Origin: an uncultured Pelagibacteraceae bacterium
GTDB taxonomy: Bacteria > Pseudomonadota > Alphaproteobacteria > Pelagibacterales > AG-422-B15
Reading direction: 5' to 3'
NCBI GenBank assembly: GCA_902611715.1
Contig: CACMAQ010000002.1
Coordinates: 714-64,713, forward strand
DNA length: 64,000 nucleotides
Below, piece after piece: positions 21,998 through 29,836 of this stretch. The notes under the pieces were generated by a model. That model was not told where the DNA came from. It made no database searches and saw only the letters and a list, made by a program, of their open reading frames with translations. Within the stretch, counting starts at the first letter, position 1, and every line of letters begins with the position of its first letter. Made by a program: the position numbers and the translations under genes.

Positions 21998-23422
21998 ATG
22001 CAAAATCTACAAAAATTTTATATTGATGGTCAATGGGTAGCGCCACAATCTAGTAAAAAAATGCCTGTCGTAAATCCAGCCACAGAGGAAGTTATCGGTG
22101 AAGTCATATTAGGTAATGAAGAAGATGTAAATATCGCAGTAAAAGCCGCTAAAAATGCATTTATGAGTTTTTCAAAAACTTCTAAAGAAGAGAGAATGAA
22201 TATTTTGAAAAATATACGAAAAATTTCAGAAGAAAGATTTGATGACTTAGCTGATGCTATGACAATGGAGATGGGTGCACCAAGAAAAATGTCACGTGAA
22301 GCCCAAGCTGATGCAGCTATAGGTCATTTGGATGGTTTTATTAGTGCATTAGAAAAACATGAAGAAAAAATTGAGTTATCCAATACAGATATTTTATTAA
22401 AAGAACCAATTGGAGTATGTGGTCTAATCACTCCATGGAATTGGCCAATAAACCAAATCACATTAAAAGTTTTGCCAGTCATTGCAACCGGCTGTACTTG
22501 TATTTTAAAACCATCAGAACATACGCCATTATCAGCAATGGTTTATGCCGAAATACTAGATAAAGCTGGTGTCCCTGCAGGTGTTTTCAATTTAGTTCAT
22601 GGTGATGGCGAGGGTGTGGGCATAGCCATGTCAAGACATCCAGATATTGAGATGATGTCGTTTACCGGCTCTAAAAGAGGCGGAAAGTCGGTTACAATAG
22701 AGTCAGCTGAAACTGTCAAAAAAGTTACACTTGAGCTTGGAGGCAAGTCACCAAATTTAGTTTTTGCAGATTGTGATCTTGAGGAAAAAGTAACCGCATC
22801 TGTAAATGAATGTATGTTTAACACCGGACAATCATGTGACGCTCCTACCAGATTACTGGTTGAAAAAAAATGCTACGATGAAGTCGTTACAATTGCAAAA
22901 AAGGCGGCTGAAGAAATAAAAGTTGGAGACCCACAAGAGGATGGAGATCATCTAGGACCTTTATTTGATAAAATCCAATTTGATAGAGTCCAAAACATGA
23001 TTCAGGTAGGAATAGATGAAGGTGCCGAGCTGCTTGTTGGTGGACTGGGTAAACCTGAGGGGTTAGAAAAAGGTTGGTTTACTAAACCAACTATATTCAT
23101 AAATGTTAATAACAGCATGCGAGTAGCTCAAGAAGAGATTTTTGGCCCCGTACTTGTAATAATTCCATTTGAAGATGAAAAAGAAGCTATTGAAATAGCT
23201 AATGACACACCTTACGGACTTGCCGCATATTTACAAACAGGCGACACCGAAAGGGCAGAAAGAGTTTCAAGACAACTTAGAGCTGGCGGTGTACATGTAA
23301 ACGGAGGCGGTTATAACTATGGCTCTCCTTTTGGCGGTTATAAAGAGTCTGGAAACGGCCGCGAAGGCGGTGATATGGGGCTTGAAGACTATCTTGAAAC
23401 AAAAGCATTACATATTGCTTAA
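21998..23422 (+). CDS. NAD(P)-dependent aldehyde dehydrogenase (betaine aldehyde or trimethylaminobutyraldehyde dehydrogenase candidate)
   Basis: ELGGKSP and catalytic FNTGQSC motifs, ITPWNWP. 474 aa. The substrate is inferred from context only. Confidence 0.9.
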   Translation: MQNLQKFYIDGQWVAPQSSKKMPVVNPATEEVIGEVILGNEEDVNIAVKAAKNAFMSFSKTSKEERMNILKNIRKISEERFDDLADAMTMEMGAPRKMSREAQADAAIGHLDGFISALEKHEEKIELSNTDILLKEPIGVCGLITPWNWPINQITLKVLPVIATGCTCILKPSEHTPLSAMVYAEILDKAGVPAGVFNLVHGDGEGVGIAMSRHPDIEMMSFTGSKRGGKSVTIESAETVKKVTLELGGKSPNLVFADCDLEEKVTASVNECMFNTGQSCDAPTRLLVEKKCYDEVVTIAKKAAEEIKVGDPQEDGDHLGPLFDKIQFDRVQNMIQVGIDEGAELLVGGLGKPEGLEKGWFTKPTIFINVNNSMRVAQEEIFGPVLVIIPFEDEKEAIEIANDTPYGLAAYLQTGDTERAERVSRQLRAGGVHVNGGGYNYGSPFGGYKESGNGREGGDMGLEDYLETKALHIA

Positions 23423-23447
23423 AATTTAATTCAAAGCAGTAAAATTT

Positions 23448-25388
23448 ATGGAAAAATTACTGTGGCAAGCCTCCGAAAAAAGAAGAAAACAATCTAATTT
23501 AATAAAATACCATCGTTATCTTAAAAAAAACTATTCGATAAATTTTGATTATGAATATGACTCCTTATTCAACTGGAGTATAGCAAAGCCTAACTTATTT
23601 TGGACAAGTCTTTTGAGTTATTTAGATATAAACTATAGCGGCAATGAAAACCCTGCTATTAGTGAAAGTGAAAATATTTATGACAAGAAATTTTTTCCAA
23701 ACTTAAAGCTTAGCTATAGTGAAAATATCATTAATAATTTAAATTCTATTCCTATACTCTATGTAAATGAAATTGGATTTAAAAAATATTACAGCAAAGA
23801 AGAAGTTATTCATAAAGTAAATTTAGTTGCTAAATATTTGAAATCTATTGGTATTAAAAAGGGCGATAGAGTTGTAGGCATTGTAACTAATAATGCAGAA
23901 ACATTGATTTCATTTCTTGCAGTAAATTCAATTGGTGCGGTATGGTCTTCTTGTTCACCGGATTTTGGTGAACAGGCTATATTAGATAGGTTTAGTCAAA
24001 TAGAGCCCAAAATTTTATTTTATTCCAGCAACTATATGTATGGAGGAAAGAAATTTAAAATTTTAGAAAAAATAAAAAATGTTGAGAGTAAGCTTAATAC
24101 ATTGGAAGTGTCCATATGCATTGATTATTCTCAAAAAGACAAAAGTTTTATCGATGAAAAATTAAATTTTTTTGAAGAAAACAATAGAGAATTGAGTGCG
24201 CTCTCTTTTGAAAGATGTCAGTTTAATGACCCAATGTATATATTGTATTCCAGCGGTACAACTGGAAAACCAAAATGTATTGTACATAATACTGGAGGTC
24301 CATTAATCCAACATTTAAAAGAACAGCAACTTCACTGTGAAATTTGTGAAGACGATAAGCTTTTCTATTTTACTACTTGTGGATGGATGATGTGGAATTG
24401 GCTTATTTCTGGTCTTGCTTCTAAGGCAACAGTTGTTCTTTATGAGGGGTCTCCTTTTTTTCCACATCAGGACTCACTTTTTAAAGTGGCGGAAGAAGAG
24501 GAAATTACTTGTTTTGGTACAAGCGCAAAGTTTATTGATGCGCTAAGAAATAGCCAAATTCAAATTTCAAATAAATATAAACTATCAAAATTAAAAACAA
24601 TTTTAAGCACTGGATCAACACTAGTTAGTGAGAGTTTTAATTATGTTTATAGCAATATTAAGCAAGACGTACATTTAGCCTCTATTAGTGGCGGTACTGA
24701 TATTGTTTCATGTTTTGTTGGAGGAGATCCAACCGGTGCAGTATTTTCAGGAGAAATTCAATGTGAATGTTTAGGAGTCGATGTTGATATATTTAATGAA
24801 GATGGGGTTAGCACTCAGCAAAAAGGAGAACTCGTTTGCAAATCAGCAATTCCTTCAATGCCAATTGGGTTCTGGGATGATGTTAATAAAGAAAAATATA
24901 TAAAATCATATTTTTCAAAATTTTCCAATATTTGGACACAAGGTGACTATGCAATCAAAACAGCAAATAAGGGTTTCATAATCTTTGGGCGCTCCGACTC
25001 AACTCTCAATCCTGGAGGCATTAGAATTGGTACTGCAGAAATATATAGGTCTGTTGAAAAACTAGAAGATATCAATGAATCGATTGTGGTTGGGCAAGAA
25101 TGGAATGATGATGTCAGAATTATTTTATTTATAACCCTTAAAGCCAAAAGTCATCTAAATGATAAATTAGTTGCTGATATCAAGGAAAATATTAAAAATT
25201 CAACCTCCATCAGACATGTGCCCGCAAAGATTATTCAAGTTACTGATATTCCAAGAACTCGGAGCGGTAAGATAGCTGAATTGACTGTAAGAGATATTAT
25301 AAACGGTAAAAAAGTTAAAAATTTGGAGGCTCTTGCAAATCCAGAATGTCTTACAGAATATGAAAATATTGAAGAATTAGACTATTAA
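23448..25388 (+). CDS. Acetoacetyl-CoA synthetase (AMP-forming)
   Basis: 646 aa, AMP-binding YSSGTTGKPK, and a long N-terminal region typical of acetoacetate-CoA ligases (NWSIAKPNLFW). Confidence 0.8.
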   Translation: MEKLLWQASEKRRKQSNLIKYHRYLKKNYSINFDYEYDSLFNWSIAKPNLFWTSLLSYLDINYSGNENPAISESENIYDKKFFPNLKLSYSENIINNLNSIPILYVNEIGFKKYYSKEEVIHKVNLVAKYLKSIGIKKGDRVVGIVTNNAETLISFLAVNSIGAVWSSCSPDFGEQAILDRFSQIEPKILFYSSNYMYGGKKFKILEKIKNVESKLNTLEVSICIDYSQKDKSFIDEKLNFFEENNRELSALSFERCQFNDPMYILYSSGTTGKPKCIVHNTGGPLIQHLKEQQLHCEICEDDKLFYFTTCGWMMWNWLISGLASKATVVLYEGSPFFPHQDSLFKVAEEEEITCFGTSAKFIDALRNSQIQISNKYKLSKLKTILSTGSTLVSESFNYVYSNIKQDVHLASISGGTDIVSCFVGGDPTGAVFSGEIQCECLGVDVDIFNEDGVSTQQKGELVCKSAIPSMPIGFWDDVNKEKYIKSYFSKFSNIWTQGDYAIKTANKGFIIFGRSDSTLNPGGIRIGTAEIYRSVEKLEDINESIVVGQEWNDDVRIILFITLKAKSHLNDKLVADIKENIKNSTSIRHVPAKIIQVTDIPRTRSGKIAELTVRDIINGKKVKNLEALANPECLTEYENIEELDY

Positions 25389-25404
25389 TCATATATTTTC
25401 AAAT

Positions 25405-26499
25405 ATGAAGCTAGATTTTGACTCAAAAGAATTAAGAGTATTTGATAAAGAGGAAATTTTTAAAATACATCCCTTGTGGATACGGGAACGATCAACTGAA
25501 AAAGGGGAAGTTGATCAAAATTCTTTTCAAAGATTATATGATCCTGAAAAGATTGAGCCAGATTTGCAAATAAAGAATGCTCAGCTACTAGCAGACAACA
25601 AAATGCATGTAGAATTTTCTGATAACCATAGTGCAACTTATTGTTTAGATAAATTAATAACAGAAATTACAAGATCAAATGTCCTACCACCAAAGATTTA
25701 CTGGGATAAAAATGATGCTGAGTTAAAAAAATTTAGTTTTGCCTATGGAGCAAACGAAAGTCAGCAATTGTTAGAAATTTTAAAATTTTATCATCAGTAT
25801 GGTTACGTTGTAGTCGAAGATTTGCCAGCTAAGGATGGAGAAGTTATAAAATTTGCTGAAAAAATTGGATTTATTCGAGAAACTAATTTTGGCAAGCTAT
25901 TTAATGTGAGGTCACAAAAACAACCTAATGACTTGGCTTATACATCCATAGAATTAGAGTCGCATACTGATAATCCCTACAGAAAACCAGTACCATCAAT
26001 TCAATTTTTATTTTGTATTGAAAACAGTTGTAAAGGCGGAGACTCCACAGTTGTAGATGGTTTCAAAGTTGCAGAGGATCTAAAAAAAGAAAATCCACAA
26101 GCTTTTAATATTCTAGTAAACACTCTAATAAATTATAAATTTGAAGATAATGATGCTATTTTAGAAAAAACTGGAAAAATTATAAAATTAAGTGCTAGAG
26201 GAGAACTCAAACAAATAAAATATAGTAATAGATTAGACTTTGTATTTTACGATGAGCCAAAGGTTTTGGAAGAATTTTATGCTGCTAAAAGAGTTATGCA
26301 TCAAATGATCAATTCAGATAAATATATATTACAATTTCATTTAGAGCCTGGTAACTTATTAATTATGAATAATTACAGAACTTTACATGGAAGACGAAGC
26401 TACAATACATCTGAAGGAAGTCGGTGGCTTCAAGGGCTGTATATTGACCATGACTCTGCCGAAAGTAAATATAAACTCCTCTCCAAGGAAGTAGAATGA
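25405..26499 (+). CDS. Second BBOX/TauD-like Fe(II)/2-oxoglutarate dioxygenase, TmpA-like candidate
   Basis: HxD triad (SHTD) and distal His (YRTLHGR). 364 aa. ATGA overlap with the downstream HD-domain gene. Confidence 0.6.
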   Translation: MKLDFDSKELRVFDKEEIFKIHPLWIRERSTEKGEVDQNSFQRLYDPEKIEPDLQIKNAQLLADNKMHVEFSDNHSATYCLDKLITEITRSNVLPPKIYWDKNDAELKKFSFAYGANESQQLLEILKFYHQYGYVVVEDLPAKDGEVIKFAEKIGFIRETNFGKLFNVRSQKQPNDLAYTSIELESHTDNPYRKPVPSIQFLFCIENSCKGGDSTVVDGFKVAEDLKKENPQAFNILVNTLINYKFEDNDAILEKTGKIIKLSARGELKQIKYSNRLDFVFYDEPKVLEEFYAAKRVMHQMINSDKYILQFHLEPGNLLIMNNYRTLHGRRSYNTSEGSRWLQGLYIDHDSAESKYKLLSKEVE

Positions 26500-27047
26500 A
26501 GACAGTCAAGTTTACCGAAATGAAAAAAGGATCAAAAGAAGATTATGAACTTTTGGCTGAATATGAAAAAAACTACGTAAATGAACTTCCTGATCGAATA
26601 TTAGAATCATTAAAAAACTTAGATAATTCAGTGGACGGGTACCAAGTAACAAGACTTGAGCATTCTTTGCAATCAGCAACCAGAGCTGAAAAAGATGGGG
26701 CAGATGAAGAAATGATTGTTGCTACATTGTTGCATGATATAGGAGACAGTCTTGCTCCATACAATCACAGTCAGCTCATAGCTGCTGTTTTAAGACCGTA
26801 TGTTTCTGAAAAGGTTCATTGGATTATGTTGCATCATGGGCTTTTTCAAGAATATTATTATGCTCATCATTTAGGTAAAGATAGAAATTCACGAGATAAA
26901 TTTAAGGATCACCCATACTATCAAGATGCGGTCGACTTTTGTGAAAAGTGGGATCAAAAATCTTTTGATCCTAATTATGAGTCCTTCCCGTTAGATCATT
27001 TTGAACCAATGGTGAGAAGATTATTTTCTAAAGAGCCAAATTTTTAA
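26496..27047 (+). CDS. Small HD-domain protein, PhnZ/TmpB-like mixed-valent diiron oxygenase candidate
   Basis: 183 aa. H56 (LEHSLQ) and H80-D81 (LLHDIGD) lie 24 residues apart, followed by several His (H108, H113/114, H124/125) and D153. Translationally coupled to the dioxygenase. Confidence 0.6.
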   Translation: MKTVKFTEMKKGSKEDYELLAEYEKNYVNELPDRILESLKNLDNSVDGYQVTRLEHSLQSATRAEKDGADEEMIVATLLHDIGDSLAPYNHSQLIAAVLRPYVSEKVHWIMLHHGLFQEYYYAHHLGKDRNSRDKFKDHPYYQDAVDFCEKWDQKSFDPNYESFPLDHFEPMVRRLFSKEPNF

Positions 27048-28171
27048 GCTATCTTTTTCACAATTACATTTCCAACTGAATAACCAGCTCCAAATGAACA
27101 TATAATTGCTAAATCATTTTTATTTAATGATTTATTGTATTTATGAAAGGCAATAATTGAACCAGCTGAACTTGTATTTGCATATTCATCCAAAACTACA
27201 GGTGCTAACTCTTTTGGGGCATCTTTTCCCAATACATACTTTGAAATTAAAACGTTCATATTCTCGTTGGCTTGATGAAGATACATGCCTTTGAGATCAT
27301 TGGCCGATAGGTTATTTTCTTCTAAATGAGATTTAATCAAGTTAGAAACTTCTGGAACAACTTCCTTAAATACTTTTCGTCCATTTTGATGAAATAATTT
27401 ATCTGACTGACCAACGCCATCAGGCGACGAATTATTTAAAAAGCCATAATTATTTCTTATATTGTTTGAAAACTTAGTTAATAATCTAGTGCCAATTATT
27501 TCATAGGAGTTTTCTCTAATATTTTCTTCATTAAGACGTTCTAAAATAACTGCAGTCGCAACGTCTCCAAAAATAAAATGACAGTCTCGATCTCTGAAAT
27601 TTAAATGTCCGGTACAAATTTCAGGATTAATCATGATAGCAGACTTTATACTTCCAGACTTTACCATGTCGAAGATAGTTTGAATTCCAAAAGTTGCTGA
27701 TGAACACGCAACATTCATATCAAAAGCAAAACCTTTGATACCCAAAGCATTTTGTATTTCAATTGCAATTGCTGGATAGGCACGCTCAAGATTTGAACAA
27801 GCTACAATTACTGCATCAATATCATCTACATCTATATTTGAGTTTTTAATCGCATCTTTAGCTGCAATGACCCCCATTTCAGCTAAATTAGATAATTCTT
27901 CTTCTGACCTTTCTCTCAATTTAGGCCTCATAAAAGAAGTATCTAGAATTCCTGTTTTATTTTGTACATATCTTGATTTAACGCCTGATGCTTTTTCTAT
28001 GAATTCAGCGCTGGATTTTTCCAAAGGTTGGGTTTTTCCATTTTTAATATCTTCTGAATTTATTTCATTAAATTCATCAACATATTTATTGAATGATTGT
28101 ACCAATTCCTCATTAGAGATTTTTTCCTTAGGAGTGTAAAGGCCGGTCCCAGAAATTTGAACTTTATACAT
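27044..28171 (-). CDS. 3-oxoacyl-ACP synthase III-like condensing enzyme
   Basis: Thiolase fold with active-site Cys (NVACSSATF) and the C-terminal His/Asn region (YLHQAN ... GAGY). 375 aa. Confidence 0.8.
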   Translation of the reverse strand: MYKVQISGTGLYTPKEKISNEELVQSFNKYVDEFNEINSEDIKNGKTQPLEKSSAEFIEKASGVKSRYVQNKTGILDTSFMRPKLRERSEEELSNLAEMGVIAAKDAIKNSNIDVDDIDAVIVACSNLERAYPAIAIEIQNALGIKGFAFDMNVACSSATFGIQTIFDMVKSGSIKSAIMINPEICTGHLNFRDRDCHFIFGDVATAVILERLNEENIRENSYEIIGTRLLTKFSNNIRNNYGFLNNSSPDGVGQSDKLFHQNGRKVFKEVVPEVSNLIKSHLEENNLSANDLKGMYLHQANENMNVLISKYVLGKDAPKELAPVVLDEYANTSSAGSIIAFHKYNKSLNKNDLAIICSFGAGYSVGNVIVKKIA

Positions 28172-28232
28172 ATTGGAAACTATAAAATTTAAGTAGGCGC
28201 TTTGACTAATTAACTTTTTTTTCTAATTATTA

Positions 28233-28266
28233 CAAAAAAAGAAAACTGACCCTAAAAAAGGGCCAG
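28233..28266 (-). terminator. Rho-independent terminator of the small lipoprotein gene
   Basis: On the minus strand: CTGGCCC-TTTTTTA-GGGTCAG (7-bp stem, one G-U) followed by TTTTCTTTTTTTG. Confidence 0.5.
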
Positions 28267-28276
28267 CTTCTAATAT

Positions 28277-28393
28277 TTATATTCCTGGAATATAAGGAAC
28301 GCCATCACCTTTAATGGTTTCATTTATGCTTTGTAATGTAGTACAAGCTGAAATCATAAAACTGAAAGCTAAAACTGTAAGAGTAGTACGCAT
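28277..28393 (-). CDS. 38-aa small lipoprotein (not in the ORF track)
   Basis: MRTTLTVLAFSFMISACTTLQSINETIKGDGVPYIPGI. Lipobox ISAC, GGAGAAAAAGC spacing before the ATG, own terminator downstream. Confidence 0.5.
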   Translation of the reverse strand: MRTTLTVLAFSFMISACTTLQSINETIKGDGVPYIPGI

Positions 28394-28452
28394 GCTTTTT
28401 CTCCTATTTATTTAAAGATACTATATTTAATTAAGTACTAATTACAATTATT

Positions 28453-28713
28453 ATGTTTAGAATCATGAAATTCTATGTGTATATCATTGGCACAACCAAT
28501 CCTAAGCCCAGAACATATGTTGGTTGGACCAATAATATTGATAAAAGAATAAGTGCTCATAACGTCTCAAAAGGTGCAAAATACACTAGAGGTAGCAAAT
28601 GGAAACTTTTGTATAAAGAGATATTTGAGTCTAAATCAGATGCAATGAAAAGGGAAATTGTTTTAAAAAAAGATCGTAAACTCAGAACGCAACTTAGAAA
28701 AAAATTATTTTAA
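28453..28713 (+). CDS. GIY-YIG domain protein (UPF0213-like)
   Basis: YVYIIG ... YVGWTNNIDKRISAHN ... GAKYTR matches the GIY-YIG core. The start could instead be the ATG at 28465. Confidence 0.75.
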   Translation: MFRIMKFYVYIIGTTNPKPRTYVGWTNNIDKRISAHNVSKGAKYTRGSKWKLLYKEIFESKSDAMKREIVLKKDRKLRTQLRKKLF

Positions 28714-29127
28714 AGTTCCGTATTCACTTCTTCCTTTTTTTCTTAGTCCGTAAGGACCAGCAATATAAATTGTAATTGGCTTAATGCCCGGCTCTAAGTC
28801 AACCCGGTGCAAATTATCAGCACTTCTAAAGCCTATATAAAATTTTCCACGCCATTTTCTTTCTTCTTTGATGTTTGTCTCCCAGTAACCACCACTTAAA
28901 ATAATTGTAATATATGGAAAGGGATGATTGTGTAGCCCAATTCCATGATCATTATCTAAAATATGATGAATAAGTATATTGAAAGGAAACCATTTTGGTC
29001 TTTTTCTAAATAGCAAATAATACCTGGCGGTCCATGGTTTTGCTAAATGATATTCTGGGTGTGAAGGGCCTCTGTCCATCACAACTTTTTTTCGTCCTAA
29101 TTTCTCTAGTATCTTAAGAAAAAGCAT
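28705..29127 (-). CDS. Hypothetical protein with a His-rich cupin-like motif (140 aa)
   Basis: Trimmed to ATG 29127 because the longer track ORF runs through the tRNA. Motif HHILDNDHGIGLHNHPFP ... GGYWE. Family not recognised. Confidence 0.45.
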   Translation of the reverse strand: MLFLKILEKLGRKKVVMDRGPSHPEYHLAKPWTARYYLLFRKRPKWFPFNILIHHILDNDHGIGLHNHPFPYITIILSGGYWETNIKEERKWRGKFYIGFRSADNLHRVDLEPGIKPITIYIAGPYGLRKKGRSEYGTLK

Positions 29128-29150
29128 GGTACGTGAAATATAATATAGAT

Positions 29151-29227
29151 GCGTCCGTAGCTCAACTGGATAGAGCATCAGACTTCGGATCTGAGGGTTG
29201 AGGGTTCGAATCCTTCCGGGCGCACCA
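29151..29227 (+). tRNA. tRNA-Arg (anticodon TCG)
   Basis: Full cloverleaf folded by hand: acceptor GCGTCCG/CGGGCGC, D stem GCTC/GAGC, anticodon stem TCAGA/TCTGA with loop CTTCGGA, T loop TTCGAAT, encoded CCA. Confidence 0.93.
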
Positions 29228-29236
29228 GAAAAAATT

Positions 29237-29836
29237 ATGAAGATATATAAACCATTTGGACCAACAATAGGCAAAACAAAGCTCTCATCGAGAACAGTTA
29301 CAAACTTAAACAAGTTTTCAGATCAAGTATCAAAAAATAAGTCCTTATCTAAAAAGTATGATTATGATCATAGGCTCATAGGAAGTATGAAACAGCAGTT
29401 TAAAATACCAAATAAAATTTTAAAAGCAGGAATAGAAAAACAGATAATTAATTCAATAAAAGATTATTATAAGCAAACATTAAATATAAAAGTTAAGAAA
29501 ATTAAAATTGAAAGAGCTTGGATAGTAAGTCAGTATGCTGGGGATTTTAATCCACCTCATTTACACAGAGGCAACATCAGCGGTGTGGGTTATTTAAAAA
29601 TTCCCTCGTCTATACGATTAAATAAAGAAAAAGATTTAGCAGGTTTAATATCATTTTTTGATGGTCGTGTTTCTATGCCCAGGAACAGCCCTCCGCTAGT
29701 TAAGCACCGTGAAACATTTAAGCCTAAGGTAGGAGATTTGTATATTTTCCCTTCTTTTTTAATGCATGATGTCCACCCTTTTAGAGGAGATGGTGAGAGA
29801 CGGTGTTTTTCTTTTAATGCATTCGTAGACGCTTAA
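29237..29836 (+). CDS. Putative 2OG-Fe(II) oxygenase (PF13759/TIGR02466-like)
   Basis: PPHLHRGNISGVGYL ... GDLYIFPSFLMHDVHPF ... RRCFSFN fits the family pattern as I remember it. Start trimmed to ATG 29237, 9 nt after the tRNA. Confidence 0.6.
   Translation: MKIYKPFGPTIGKTKLSSRTVTNLNKFSDQVSKNKSLSKKYDYDHRLIGSMKQQFKIPNKILKAGIEKQIINSIKDYYKQTLNIKVKKIKIERAWIVSQYAGDFNPPHLHRGNISGVGYLKIPSSIRLNKEKDLAGLISFFDGRVSMPRNSPPLVKHRETFKPKVGDLYIFPSFLMHDVHPFRGDGERRCFSFNAFVDA

Noticed and set aside
29151-29227. tRNA-Arg, and also tRNA-Leu at 40779 and tRNA-CAT at 45050, as integration sites of a prophage or genomic island
   Set aside because: No integrase, no phage structural genes, no visible direct repeat of the tRNA 3' ends nearby, and the flanking DNA has the same composition as the rest of the window.
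28705-29836. Long forms of two track ORFs (28705-29313 minus, 29198-29836 plus) that run through the tRNA-Arg gene
   Set aside because: The extensions simply translate the tRNA sequence. Both were trimmed to the first ATG outside the tRNA (29127 and 29237).
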